A stretch of 62,673 bases of DNA, the filler included, from Choristocarpus tenellus KU-1152 (Eukaryota; Protista; Phaeophyceae): assembly GCA_964200185.2 (NCBI GenBank). It is 12 parts of 12 records of this genome, joined end to end, with 100 filler letters (N's around TTAATTAATTAA, not from the genome) between each part and the next. Parts side by side here need not be neighbours in the genome. Positions count along the whole stretch, not along the records: positions 11,337 to 16,220 come from CAXNAD020012672.1; positions 16,321 to 20,916 come from CAXNAD020013860.1; positions 21,017 to 26,727 come from CAXNAD020009940.1; 9 more parts are not named here. One strand, written 5' to 3'. Below, piece by piece: positions 12,175 through 25,100 of the stretch (position 1 is the first letter of the stretch; each line of letters starts with the position of its first letter). Below the pieces are notes generated by a model. It was not told where the DNA came from and searched no databases. It saw only the letters and a program-made list of their open reading frames with translations. A program made the position numbers and the translations under genes.

Positions 12175-15100
12175 CTAGAACCAGGCCTGTGTAGGAGCGT
12201 CTTGGTCAATACTGTAGTGTTGGACAAGAAGCTGCATATTTCGCAAGTCGCCATTTTCCCATTTGACCTCGTAGGGGTAGCTGACTCGCTTTTCTCTAAC
12301 TTTCACCATGTAGATGGCTGGTACTTGGTCACGGTCCCTCGCATCCGCTGATTGTCTCATCTGAAGTATAGTCCCCTGCCCTTGGCTCTGGCATTGAGCG
12401 TTACTCCCTCATCTAAATCCGGCACATATAACTCAGTGTCGGTTCAAGGAGTATATATTTCTATATACTCTTGTCCATGCCCCTACGCTTCCGCTGGCGG
12501 TTGACAATCGACCGACTGCGTTGTCTGACACACAGGGCTGCAGCCTCATCACTGTCCCTCTTGTTCTTCTCTCAAGTTGGTTGACACCCTCCTCGATCTC
12601 GTCTTTCTGTCATGTACGACCCCAGTTGAGGGGGTAAAGATTTTTCGCCATCGTCCGGGAGGTAGGACACTCAGTAAATGTACGCCCCTGAACCCATCTA
12701 CATGAACATCGCTGACCTTCCCCTGTATGATGGCCCCCCCACTCGCGCGTAGGATGAAGCTGGTTCCTCGACCGAACCTGGCGTCAGACATGTCCCCAAC
12801 TCTGAGTTGCCTAGAGAAGCGAGCAGGTATCCCACCGAGAGATTGCCGGTTGGATTCCGAGGTGAACCTCTGGTATTGACCAGGCAGAATCATGAATGTG
12901 TTGTCCAGGTGGTTGTGATCGATGTATGTGAAGTCTGGGATGATGATAGCCCGAAGGGGCACGACGCGGGGACCCGGTTGTGCGTCCTGTATCACCACAA
13001 GCATGTTCATTGCGGGGGCTGTGTTTGTGTGTAGGACTTAGAATATGTTTGCGCGTGACGGCCTTGTTTGGCTGTATAGGGGTGTGTTTTGTTGATTTTT
13101 TTGAGAAAAGGATATAGTTTTATGTACGATAGAGGATACACGTAAGGAGCGATATGAACGTATGGGACGCGCTTATTTGCCCTGCGTGAGGTGTGAAATA
13201 TTATGTCAAAGTTGTCAGTGGCGGTTGCAGATTGGTAGAACAAAATGACACTGATTTGGATGTGAGGATTGGACGTTATGGGAGGAAGGAATCTATGTTG
13301 GTTAGAGGGGATATAAGGGGATATGTGACATCTGTATATGGACAGGGTGGAATGATTCGTGTGGGGCATTGTTTGTTAGAAACAATAAGAAGAGTTACTC
13401 ACACCTTGTCCATCCGTGATATGTGAATAGTTGGCATGCCATCAACGAAGCTAGCTCTCAGCACCTGGAAGTCTTCAGTGACAAAGACGAGCCCATCTCC
13501 AGCACTGAACATCCCTCCTTAGCTGGAGTGGTGTCTGGCGTTCCATTGAATTGTGTCCTTGTGGTGGACAGTGAATGGCAAGAACTCTATACCATTGTAC
13601 TCTGATGGTTGCGTCCGCACAATGCATATGTTCCCCTTGGCAAGCTGTCTCTTCTTCCTCGACAGCTGACTTCTGAGATACATATCACCCGTTCCCGCTT
13701 CCGTGGAAAATCCGAGGCCTATCTCCTTAAGCGTGGGCACATGGGTTAGTTGCCACCTGCATTGGGCCTGGTTGACGATGGAACAGTTCGTGCAGTAGCA
13801 CAACAGTTCGGTGCATATCAATGTACAGGAGTCTCCGGTGGTGAGCCGACCAGTGAAGAACCTGTGCATGGATTTGATTCCACTGAGGTTGGGGACACGT
13901 GGGTCATGTCGTCCCGCAGGGTCGATCATGTAAGACGGAAGGTGGACTATCTCCTGTGTGCGGAACATGTCGATGTATAGAAGTTTCGTACACGTATTAC
14001 TATGCTGTCTGCCGTCCCTGTCCGTCCAATCCTAAGGGATGTGGTGATTGTGCGTGTAAGGGGAGGGGTGGTACGTGTTGGAGTCAGTGTCGGCACTGAG
14101 GCAGTGTGCTGCGACCGATTCGATGTGATGGCGTTCGTTTGTAAACGGTTGTGCTACCTATTCCTGTAACAAGTGTTTGGTAATACGGATGGCAGTGTGT
14201 GATGAAACCCAAAAGTTGGAGTTTAGTGTTAGTTTGCCGATTGGTAGACCTTTGAAAAATAGAGGGCGATGGTTGCAAGTGTGCACGGACTTGAGCGGTC
14301 GATTAAGAAGTGCGTATGTGCGATCATCATGTGATTCGTGGTGTAGGCATGAAGGTTAGGCACGGATGTGACATAATGGGTCGACGAAATCTATTACCTT
14401 GGTGGAATATATGGGTTGGCAAGGGGTGGGAGAGTGTAGACTGTCGCGAGTTGCAAACAGGAGGGATTAATTATTGTGAGTGGGAAAATCATGCACGTGG
14501 TACATGTGGTATCTATTCTTGCAGCAAGCGATGGGTATATGGCCGACGTTGTTACGTGAAAGAAAACAATAACTTGGAGTTTGGGGGTGGCTTTACCGAT
14601 TGGCAGACTAGTTTTAAATCGAGGGCGATGGTTGCAAGTATGCTTGGAGGGTGTGTGGTCGATTAGAAATGTGTACGTGCGATTATCATGTGGTTCGTGG
14701 TGTCGACGTGAGGGAAAGCGCAGATGTGACATAATGGGTCAACGATATCTATTGCGTGTTTAGTGTATGGGTTATCCAGGGGCGGGAGGGTGCGGACTGA
14801 TGCGAGTGGCAAGGAGGGATCAGGTCCAGAGTGCGGGGAGAATAATGCATTTAGTGTATGAAGCGATGGGTATATGGTCGACATTGACAGTGGAAAGAAA
14901 AGAAGAACTTAGAGTTTTGCGCGAGTTTACCGATTGGAAGACTTGTACAAAATAGGTGGCGATGAATGTAAGTGTGTATAGACTACCTGTGCAGTCATTT
15001 CATACGTGCGTATGTGTTATCTTGACATTGCGCGTCGTGTCGGCGTGAGGGGAGTGACGGATGTGACATAAGTTTGAAAGGTATATATTGAGTGTTTGTT

Positions 15101-16138
15101 ACATATGTGAGCAAGGAGTGCACGTGTTGTGGTTGTCTCGAGTGGCAAACAGAGGCCGAATTTTGTCAGTGTGTGGGGGGGGTCGTCATGTGGAGTGTGC
15201 CTACCTTTGTGACGATTGTCTGTCCGGGAGGAACCTTATGACTTTTGCAGTAGCGCCATTCTTCCTCTGGTGTCGGATCCCTCAAGGTATACTGAGTTTT
15301 GGTTGCCTTGATTGTATCCACTAGGGCTGGCATGCACACCCCGTGTAGTTCCAGTCTCCTGGCAGCAGACTTCACCACAGCCCCAACTCCGTCAGACAAG
15401 GACTTGCCGTGACAGGAGGCAAAGAAGTTGTATACTACGGAAATTCCCATCCGCGCTAAAGCCTGAGAAACCCACCACATCTTCCATCTGTTCTTGAATT
15501 GACTCCCGTAGTCATCGGACCAGATATGGAGGACCTCTAGGTTCTGTCCGTATTCACTGGCTAGAGGTATTAGGTGGTCTTTCACAAACATCTCCACGGT
15601 GTTCTGGACGAACTCTTTGTCTTGGCTTCGGTCTTCACTGCACACCGTCATGCTGTGCGCCCAAACCCTTCCCTTCCCAAGATTTCCCTCTTCTCTGAGA
15701 TCCCTCAACCACCAGACAATGGTCAAGAAGCGTCGTAAGGAATAGACTGAAGAACTCTTGTAGTGTCAAGTCTTGGTGGTTGTGTTGCAGGTGGGCGCTG
15801 TAGTCCATGGACATGGCGGCGTGTCCTTGGGGAGGCGGGATTTGCAGTGTTTGTATTGTTGCGCCTGCCAAATGGTAGTGTTGAGATGAAGAAAGAAGCT
15901 ATTCTCGAAGTTTGCAAATATGACTTTTAGGAGTGTAGGGAATCCCTCCGAATGGGCCAGGTGGTCGCGTTTCGAGCGTTGTTGCTGGTGATAGGTCGTG
16001 TTGATTCAGGCTTTGTTGTGGTGTAATCGATTGTGTCTGATGCTGTGGGAGGGAGTATCTGCTCGTTGTTCGATGAATACGCCGTGACACATCCAATGTA
16101 CACACTGTAAATATTACTCGAAGGAAACTGTCGCTCAC
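12175..16138 (-). pseudogene. Spliced Sola2-type DDD transposase pseudogene with C-terminal Tudor-like modules
   Basis: Motifs in order: MDYSAHLQHNHQDLTLQEFF; HIWSDDYGSQFKN; YNFFASCHGKSLSDGVGAVVK; phase-0 GT-AG intron 15204-14005; GIKSMHRF...LLCYCTNC...C; then Tudor-like segments at about 12620-12810 and 12175-12380. In-frame stops at 15899-15901 and 13519-13521 and a frameshift near 15730. Confidence 0.75.
14125..15140. repeat. Three diverged tandem units of about 350 bp inside the transposase intron
   Basis: Anchor GCGATGGTTGCAAGT (third copy GCGATGAATGTAAGT) at 14266, 14625 and 14959, each followed by GATGTGACATAA. Confidence 0.8.
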
Positions 16139-17399
16139 CTTTCGCCTCCGGCTATATTTGTCCGTAGACCCTGTGGCGTCTTCGTCATCGTTCTCCTCGA
16201 TCCTGTTCCTCCTGAAGTCGNNNNNNNNNNNNNNNNNNNNNNNNNNNNNNNNNNNNNNNNNNNNTTAATTAATTAANNNNNNNNNNNNNNNNNNNNNNNN
16301 NNNNNNNNNNNNNNNNNNNNGGTGTTGTACCTGTCCGCCAGGTACAACACACACCCTCAAAATATGACCGAAAAAGGACCTTTTTTCGGTTCCACTTCTC
16401 GGAACATATTCGGAACTATTTCGGAACAAACCGCGAAAATAATAAACCGTTCAGAACAATTATATCCAGAGTTTCAATTTCATGGACACATCACTGTGAA
16501 AGTATTTTTATTATTATATTGTGAAAGTATTCGTATTTGTGAAGAAACAATCAAAACAAAAAGTGAAATTCATAACGTGACATAGTTATGGAAGTACTTA
16601 TGAGACAAAAAGGGTATATAACTTGTTCAATAAGTAAAGAGATCTAAAACTCAAATGACAAAGGTGAAGTAGTAGATAAGTGCCAACAATGTAAATGATT
16701 CTATTATAATTGGAATAAATAAGGTTGAGGATTAGAAATAAATATAGATGAGTAATAATCAAGAATAGTTCTCAGTAACTGTTCTAAGACTCCTCTTCTT
16801 GTACGTTATACTGATGCAGATCAAGATGACACATGATACCACTTTTCCTAGTCAGTGGAAGTCGGAAATATCTAGGATCTACAGTGAACCGCACACAGAA
16901 TAGCGGACACCTAAACGTACCTGAGATTACCTACTACTACTGTACCTCTGCCTCTGGTGGATTCCTTTTTTGGTGTGCCTTGCGTGGTATACGTGGGGAT
17001 GATCTTCTATTCCCATAGAGGATGTAAAAAAATATGCTTTCAATTCTTGTATGAACATAGATTTTGGAAGAATTATCAAATGATGGAAGAGTTCACAGGT
17101 ATAGGAAACATTGTACCGTGTAATCAATAATTAGTGATCCACAGAATAGTAGGACTGATTTGCTCACAAGGGCACCCTCCCTTAGACTTGAAGGTCCACT
17201 CCTCCTTCATCTACAACTTGTCCAACACAATAAGGAATTAATCCATTTATTATGTCGACAAGTCTTGGAAAAAACAGCGATAACAAGGGTGTCGATCCAA
17301 CGAAGAATGGCCTTTCTTTCCATCATTGTATAGGTTGGGGGACAATAGTAGTTACACCCTCTGCTTTACTGTATGGGCGGTGATGAATATGGGGTGACA

Positions 17400-19150
17400 A
17401 TTGTCTACACCTGTTAGAAATAGTTCCCATTGGTAAGGATGACATTGATTGATTGATAGCAGATAACTCTCTCGGTTCCTCACGCTATCCACAGCAAGTG
17501 TCAAGAGACGATGTACTAGTCCCCCTGAGTGACCAGAAGATCGCTTAAGTGCTTACTTCAAGATTGATACTGAACCGTTTGTATCTACTCAACAGGTAAT
17601 GCAAGGAGTCAATGTAGTCATGTCTTCAAACACTGGTGTAAATCGTTTGAGTTCACACCCTGATATGATTGAGAGGTGGAATGGTGCTCTCCTGCAACAA
17701 ACATATCTTTGAATTGGTCAGGCTTTTGCTGTGCTCTATTGTACCTGTGGCCAGGACGCGTGGAAAGTGTTGCAACTTTTTTTACCATAAATTGTCGCGC
17801 TGACTAACGAGGCTAGCTTGCAGCTACTCCATATGTAGAGGTGTATGTTTGATGGGGTATCAGTGAAGTAAATTAGCCAAGTCGTGTAGAGGATAGCACG
17901 GACCTTGTGAATACTTACTCAAGAGACACCAATTTTTTTTCCCAGCAGCACCCACTTTCCTACGTCTGAAATCAGCTAGTCCGCCCTGGAAGCCTGTAGC
18001 ACTGTAAGAGAGGACAAGAGCTCGTCATTACGAATGCAAAATCTCCCTCCAGAATTCTTGAGGTCCATTTTCCAGAAGGCAGTCGCAGGGGACTCAGATG
18101 CATAACGACACCCCCCTCTAAGATAAAATAGCTGTAACTTATTTCGAGAGGAGGACCATTTTTTGGCACCTAAAGACATATTGTTGGCCAGTACTTCAAG
18201 AGGGTGAGCACAGGTAGTACAGAGAGAGGGTTTAATTAGTAAGTAGTAGAGAAACAGATCCTGGTTACTTGTCTGGCGGACTTCTGGGCCCCAGGATCAA
18301 AACTCTTTGAGGCATTCCAGTCTAGAGGACGGGTGAGTACAGATGCTATGATTATTGCAGGGTTTTTCACCATTTGTCCATGCAGTTAGCATGGTCAGGG
18401 TTCGGGCCATGGCCACTTGTTGATACTGTGTGTAGCCCCAACCATGTTGAATAAATGGTTGATGACTAGGGATTTTTTTTTTTTTTTCTTGTCAGGACCA
18501 CCAGCAAAGACGATAGTCCGTCTTGTGGATCAAAATTCGTCCCAAATTATGCCGATTTATGCCAATTTATCCAAATTATATGTGGAAATCCACGTGTTTC
18601 TACTATTTATAGAGGGAAGCAGTAATCAAGATTATTATCTCACTTGCTAGACCTTTTTTTAAAAAACCGGTTCTAAAGATTTTTTTCATTTGGGCACCTT
18701 TAGTTGCAATCACCACATCTACTTATGGTGTTTACTTCTGGCAACGTAATTGGGTGAAAGCTCGCAACCTGAGCTTCAAGTTGGTGAAAAATATGACATC
18801 TATCTCTAACTATTCGCCTGCTGGCATCCGAATGAAATTGGGATTATTTTTTGCGAATCATGATAGTTCTCTGATTTCAAGAGGTTGCACAAGGAAAATG
18901 AGGAAGACAATACATGGTTTTCAGATAGAAGAGGCATAGACGCAGAAGCCTGTTCAGGGCGATTTTCGATACTTGAAACCAATTTCGAGTTATGGACGCC
19001 CCAAGCAAGGAGTCTCTGGATAGGGAATAAGAGAAATCAGAGGTCAAGACGGCTGGCCACAGAGCCGATTCCAGATTAAGGGACGCCGAAAAACGAGAGG
19101 GGGATGAGGTCAACCAAAGATCAGACAAGGGCCCGTATAGATACAGTGTC
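17400..19150 (-). pseudogene. Degenerate hAT transposase relic
   Basis: Broken frames give TCAHPLEVLA (CxxH), PLHDLANLL (LHxxAxxLxP) and LVHRLLTLAVDS-TERVIC (dimerisation motif ...SS..ERxFS), in the correct order. Confidence 0.45.
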
Positions 19151-19689
19151 AAGGAAGTGGGACTTGAATACCAACAGACGAAATACTCAAGAGGTTAGGG
19201 GAGCTGATGATAAAGAGCAAACTGAGAAACTCAAGTTAGTCAGCGGAGAGGTACTTTAAGAGGTTGTATTCAGGTGACCCTGTACTACCAGTTTGTTTTC
19301 TACAACCATATGTACCGAACTGAGATGGTGGAGGCTGTCCGCATGGCAACGGGAGTGCGATACAGTAAGGTTTTCCTCATCGTGAAAGTTTGGAAGGAGA
19401 AAGAGGATATCCTTTCACACGGTGGACAAATCAATTTTCAACCAATCAATGGGCGTTTCTGTTATAAAACCTGAGTATGCACGTTGGGAGACATCCTCGT
19501 AAATCGAAGATTTGGGAGTTGACTCCTTCATTTGTGGATCCGAATCAATTGTACTCATTCATATTTCTGAGAGTGGCGTGGTAAAATATTATAAAATCAA
19601 GATGAATTATGGACACATCAAAACACTTCTGTGATTCGTACAATTTGTGCTCACAAAAAATAATTATTGTGGATGGATTCGAAGGTTAT

Positions 19690-19972
19690 GTATTTACAAC
19701 AACTGATACTTTTATAGGGGTATTAGAGATATTGGTTTCCTTTTTCTGTGACATCTTCACAAAATGTCAGAGGAAAAAAATATAAAAATCAAATATATTG
19801 ATTTATACCAGGGACTCGTTTGTACATGTTTTGCATGTACGAGAGTGGTACGTAAAATGTGTGTAGATATGTTTCAAATTAATATACCCTCTGACATTTT
19901 TGGAGGTGTACTAGGGGGAAGTCAAACCATTTTCACAAGCACCCTAGTAAAAGTAACGGTTGTCGTAAATGC
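19690..19972. mobile_element. Foldback/long-TIR non-autonomous element (family C)
   Basis: Degenerate inverted arms of about 90 bp with exact core AAAATGTCAGAGG / CCTCTGACATTTT; the arm motif recurs at about 26960-27010, 54412-54437 and 58025-58050. Confidence 0.6.
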
Positions 19973-21016
19973 GAAAGATACTTCTCCGAAGACCATTTTT
20001 CTATTTGAAAACCAGCTATACTACAACACCCCTCTAAAGGTTGGTAATTACAATGATATGTGTACACTGCTGCTATGTCTGGAACCTAGCTTAGCCCTGC
20101 ACAACTGGGTGAGGAGCTAGGGAGGCATCCCATGAATCTGATAGTCCCCCTCTGGCCCATCCACCTGGTGTATCTAGCTTGAAACGCCTGATGCGTCTCG
20201 AGATAATTACTTGTGTAGTGCTGGAAAGTATCTGTCATAAGCGGGAATCACAGCCCCTTTCCTACTATAGCCTCCCAACCCTCTCCCCCCAATGCATGTG
20301 TAGCCAGCTCAACTAAAAAGACTCTCTGCTTGCTTACCGACCTGTCCAAAAGTTTCCACCGAAAAGGTGTTTGTTGGGGTTAAAACTACTAGGGTCAAAA
20401 GAGGTTACGTCGTTCGTACATATTTTCATCGATGGGTGAGGTATGATATATACTTACACACTTTTTCATAGATGGGGGAGTGGTACGACAAATATTTTGT
20501 CCGTGATTTTAATATATAGTAGTGGTACCTATACACAAAATGCGACCACTGACCACCGATATACGGAATAATATACAGGTATTGTACAAACCCAAAATAA
20601 TTGAGAGGTAACCAAGTTTGGATCCTTACAAACTCAAAGACATATTTTTTGTACTGACTATTTCATTGCTATATGTCCACAATAGTGTCCACAAAAATTG
20701 ATGTTCCCCCTTTTTTGGACACTAGTAAGTAACACTACAAGTGTGAATCGTAGAAATTCGTGTGCATTGCACACGTGAGTTAGAATCTCATCGGTGTCGC
20801 CAATGTGAATCATGTGATTCTGTGGCGGCGTGGTTCACTCAGGCAAGGGTTTGCCTGTTATTATACCGTTATTGCCGTATGCCATATACCGTTATACCGT
20901 GGTACCGATTAAGGAGNNNNNNNNNNNNNNNNNNNNNNNNNNNNNNNNNNNNNNNNNNNNTTAATTAATTAANNNNNNNNNNNNNNNNNNNNNNNNNNNN
21001 NNNNNNNNNNNNNNNN

Positions 21017-21186
21017 GGGGGGGGGGGGGGGGGGGTCTACACGAGGGTGTCCATTTGGACCAAAATCGGGAAAAGTGCATTTGCATTATCCATCCGACGT
21101 ATGGCAACCAAATCACCCAAAAATCGCGATATGAAAAAATTGACCCAAAATGGACCGGCGCCACCACCTCCCAGATACTTTGAGCC
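21017..21186 (+). mobile_element. MITE family A, left end lost at contig start
   Basis: G(n)TCTACACGAGGGTGTCCATTT...CCAGATACTTTGAGCC. Confidence 0.85.
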
Positions 21187-22106
21187 TCACCAAAGTGTTG
21201 ATCGTACCAATTTTGATAAACATACTTTAGTTGCATCACGAGATAGTGGCAGTTTGGGCTCTTACTCTAGATGAATTTTGTGATATTGAAGACAAGTGCC
21301 ATTGCTTTTCATGAAATTCGTGTTTTCATCCACTATTAGGTTGCTCAATTCCCTTTATCCACACTACTATCAATACTCAAAGTAGTAGTGTTGTGGAAAA
21401 AAGACAAAAAAATAATTATAATATTTGAGTATCCTCCAACTTAGTTTTGAACTTTTGTCGTTGTCCAGTGCTCAGGGCATATATTCAAGTTTCCGTTATT
21501 CAGGGGTCTACACCGGACTAGCAGTTATCTGGGTTGACCCAGAAGGATCAGGGTGTGGGCCAGCCGTGGGTTGATCCCGATGCTTCTCTCAAGGTCCTTT
21601 GCCTGGCCCTGTTTAGGCCGTTACAGCCCTGGCCGATTTGTATTTTCTTTAACTAGGCCGGCCCTGTCTGAAATACTATATTCCCTGGGCCAGCACTGTC
21701 AATGAGGGGATTAAACTAATCCTTCCTACTACCACCCTTGAAGTTAATATACTAATTGAAGAAGCAATAAAAAATATAGAGGACACTACACAATTTACAA
21801 CATAACGAAGGTATAGGCCACAACATATTGTATGCCCATCATATCTGCTTTAAAGTTTGAAATTCTCAACATAATTCAAAAGTCATCTGCAAACCGCTCA
21901 GCCTAAAGCTGAGACCCAGTCCGGTCCTGACACCTGGTTTGGCCCTAATAAAATGTCTTGACTAGGCTAACCTGTGACTCAAATGCATTAAAGTCGCTCA
22001 GACAGTTGTCTGACCCTGTTAACTCCACATCTTCTTGAACTGACCTTCAGACTACCCAAATAAAATCTCTCGAGGCCCTGAACCAGCCCTGCTTCAATTG
22101 TTCCTA

Positions 22107-25100
22107 CCTAACCCCTGTCTATATTAGTACACTCAAGCATCATATCATCTGTCTTCCGAGAAAGGCTGATACAATCCTCTGTGGGTTCAATATCCTCCCC
22201 AAGAGCCTTTTCATGGATCAAGAAGAAGTTGTGGCAGAATAGGGAAAATAATTGCAAACAAAGGATTACTGATCAGTGACTCAAGAGCTAGTATGTGGAA
22301 GGGTTACAGGTACTGCGTATGGGATGTGGTTGGTGTCATTTGTAACGGGTTGTGCTGGATTAGCAAGTTTGGTTGATGCTCGAGGTCTGACCAAGGCAAT
22401 ATTTTTCACACGCAATGAAATGTCATAGCTATGTGGCTAGTCACCACCTCAATGGGGGGAAACATTTTGACATAACTTTTTGAAAGGTTTGGCTGATAAT
22501 GAATGCTCTACAGGGTTGCTCTTTGAATTGTATATGGCTCTATGTTGCAAAGATGTACCAGTATGAACTTGTATTTCTGTACTTCTTAATTAAGGTTTGA
22601 AAGGTTTTGAAGAATGGTGTATCGATCTCTAGGAATCATGGTACTATCTACATTCTACTGAATTTGTCGACGTAATTGGAGGTGACTACAAAAAGATAGA
22701 GAGGACTGAACACAAGTGAAGCAGGAGAAAGCAAAAAAGGCATTGTAGAGGACTGGGCAGGTCCATTCCCACCTTTACCAACGAAGCAGAAAAAACATGA
22801 CGGGCTCTATGCAGTCAGACATGACGTTTGTGGTAATGAACAATGACTGAATTCACATATGAACCTAAATATTTTTGCCTCACAAAACGGTTTGCCGAGC
22901 CATCATCTTATCAGACCCCTATCTTGCCAGAAGACACATTTGTTCTCTTCCTATCTGTTGTTTCCGCACCTTCTGAGCTACCCTCCGAGCCAGGGCTTTG
23001 GCAACATCACTAAAATGGACTCTTTTGCCATCCGTGTCACGCAATGGAATGTCAAGTTCTTTTATTCGATTCTGGAGCTGTTCCAAAAAACGTTGGGACC
23101 AGGGGCAAGGTGTCAAACTGTTGGATCGAATATGAATGCCCCCAGCAGCATTTTGCTGGCATAATGCAATTACATCTTTAAATTTCTTCTTCCTTCTATA
23201 ATTACTGGGGTATGAGAGTACCTTCTGGCAGGAACAGGTATGTTCATGCTGTCCATGTGTCCAACTTATATTTTTCGGCATTGTAAGAGGTACACGTATT
23301 ACAGTGATATGAATCGCATTTGTGCAGCTGCACAAATCAATTCCAGCTACCATCTAGTAAGTAAACAAGTAAGGTATGTTCAAGTCTAAGGTTTAATTCC
23401 TAGATGTATATCTCTGTAATTGAATTAAATGTGTGGCTACTACTCAGAATACATTCGATGCTCATGAGCATTGAACTTTTAAAATGGTTCATCAACAAGG
23501 CCGATGATGACATCATTCTTAGTGAATTGGCAATATTCAACACCTGTGCTGCAATGATTCCCCTAATTTTCTGCCCCTACTCTTCATGGCAACTCAAATG
23601 ATACAACCTAAAGACTCATACATTGATATAACTACTATTCATCTTGTGATGTTACTCCAGAGTAATTGTAGCTTGTATTCCAATGTACAGGTACCCATAG
23701 CTTGCCTGTCTTTTTTCCTTTGCTCTTCTGAGTCACAAGTGAGACCAATCCTTTACAAGGTGATACTAGGCTCTGTGGCGTCTACTCCGAGTATGATATT
23801 GGGCACCTTGGATTTTCGAAGTGTCCCTTGCAGTATTTCTCTTTCAGAACAACTTGTGAGTTTTCCCCCCTTCCATCATTCAAGATTATGACTGGCATGG
23901 AAGGATTATTTGAACTTTGAGATCACTGTAGAATGAATTGCCGTGCTTGGTGTTGGTCGTATTGGATGTACTCCACATTCTGCTGCTGCAGATGAATTTA
24001 ACCCAAACTTGGATAAACTTCAAGAATTGTTGAGATAGAATTTGTGTCTAGGGGCGACTTCCTTGCCCTCACTTGTTATATAAAGTAGATGGAGTTCATT
24101 ACTCCTGACCAAAATTTTCTCTGATCCAATTGAATTTCAACGCATGAGCCATATATGATGCCTCTTGAAACAAATATTTCCAAGAACTCATTATTGTAAC
24201 ATGGTGTGCAAAAATGTTATGTTCCTTACCTCATCCTCATTAGCATCATATTCTTCACCAAATCCAAGGGGCGCATCCAAGATCTGGATGAAATTTGTCA
24301 GAAGCTCAACCTGGGAGATAAAGTAGAAATAGCTATTTTCAAAATAGGGAGATGTAATTTGCAGGTACAAGTGAATCATGTGGCCATGCATCCTCTTGAC
24401 TGTCAATATATATATTTCAGCATGAGCGGGTGTGATGGATGATCCTCATTTGACTTTTTAATGCATGTTAGTCTGTGAACAGGTCAGCAAATAGCAACAA
24501 TGATTGAAAATTTGGCAAAAGATCTCCTAAAATTTTGAGCGGATCTAGGGCTAGGATAAGGGAACCACAGCCTCACCCATAGGAAGGAGACAAGTAATCT
24601 TCAGAGTGAGTTTGAGTGTAGTGCTGGATATAACACCAGAGCTAGGAATACTACAGGATGATCTACTACTACCTTTTGCAGGTGATTACCAATGATCTAG
24701 GGATTCAGTGTTCAACAGAGCTCCGAAACGTACAACAACACAGGATGATGCCAATATTTTGGAGATTATAGTAAAATCGATGGTAAATCATGTGTCGCCC
24801 ACATAAATGCTTTGATAAGACTTTAGTAGTGGCAGTGAAGGCCTAAAGAACATGGATGCTCTTTTGCAGGAGAAAAGCAACGAGGTGTGTGGGGGCATGG
24901 CATTTCTTGCCTTGATAAAACAGGTTCCCTCCGGGTCGAACTTTGCCCAGTCGTCAGTGAAAATGTCGAAGTGCTGAGGGGTGAGCACATAGCTCTCCTC
25001 ATTGCAATTGCTAAAGGAATCCAGGATCACCCCAATAAAGAGGTTCAGCATCACGAATGTAACTATCAAGGTGAAAGAGTAGAAGAATGGGAAAGCTGCC

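Noticed and set aside
21476-22091. hAT-type MITE bounded by CAGGGC...GCCCTG with GGCC-rich interior
   Set aside because: Only a 6-bp inverted match, no 8-bp TSD and no second copy in the window.
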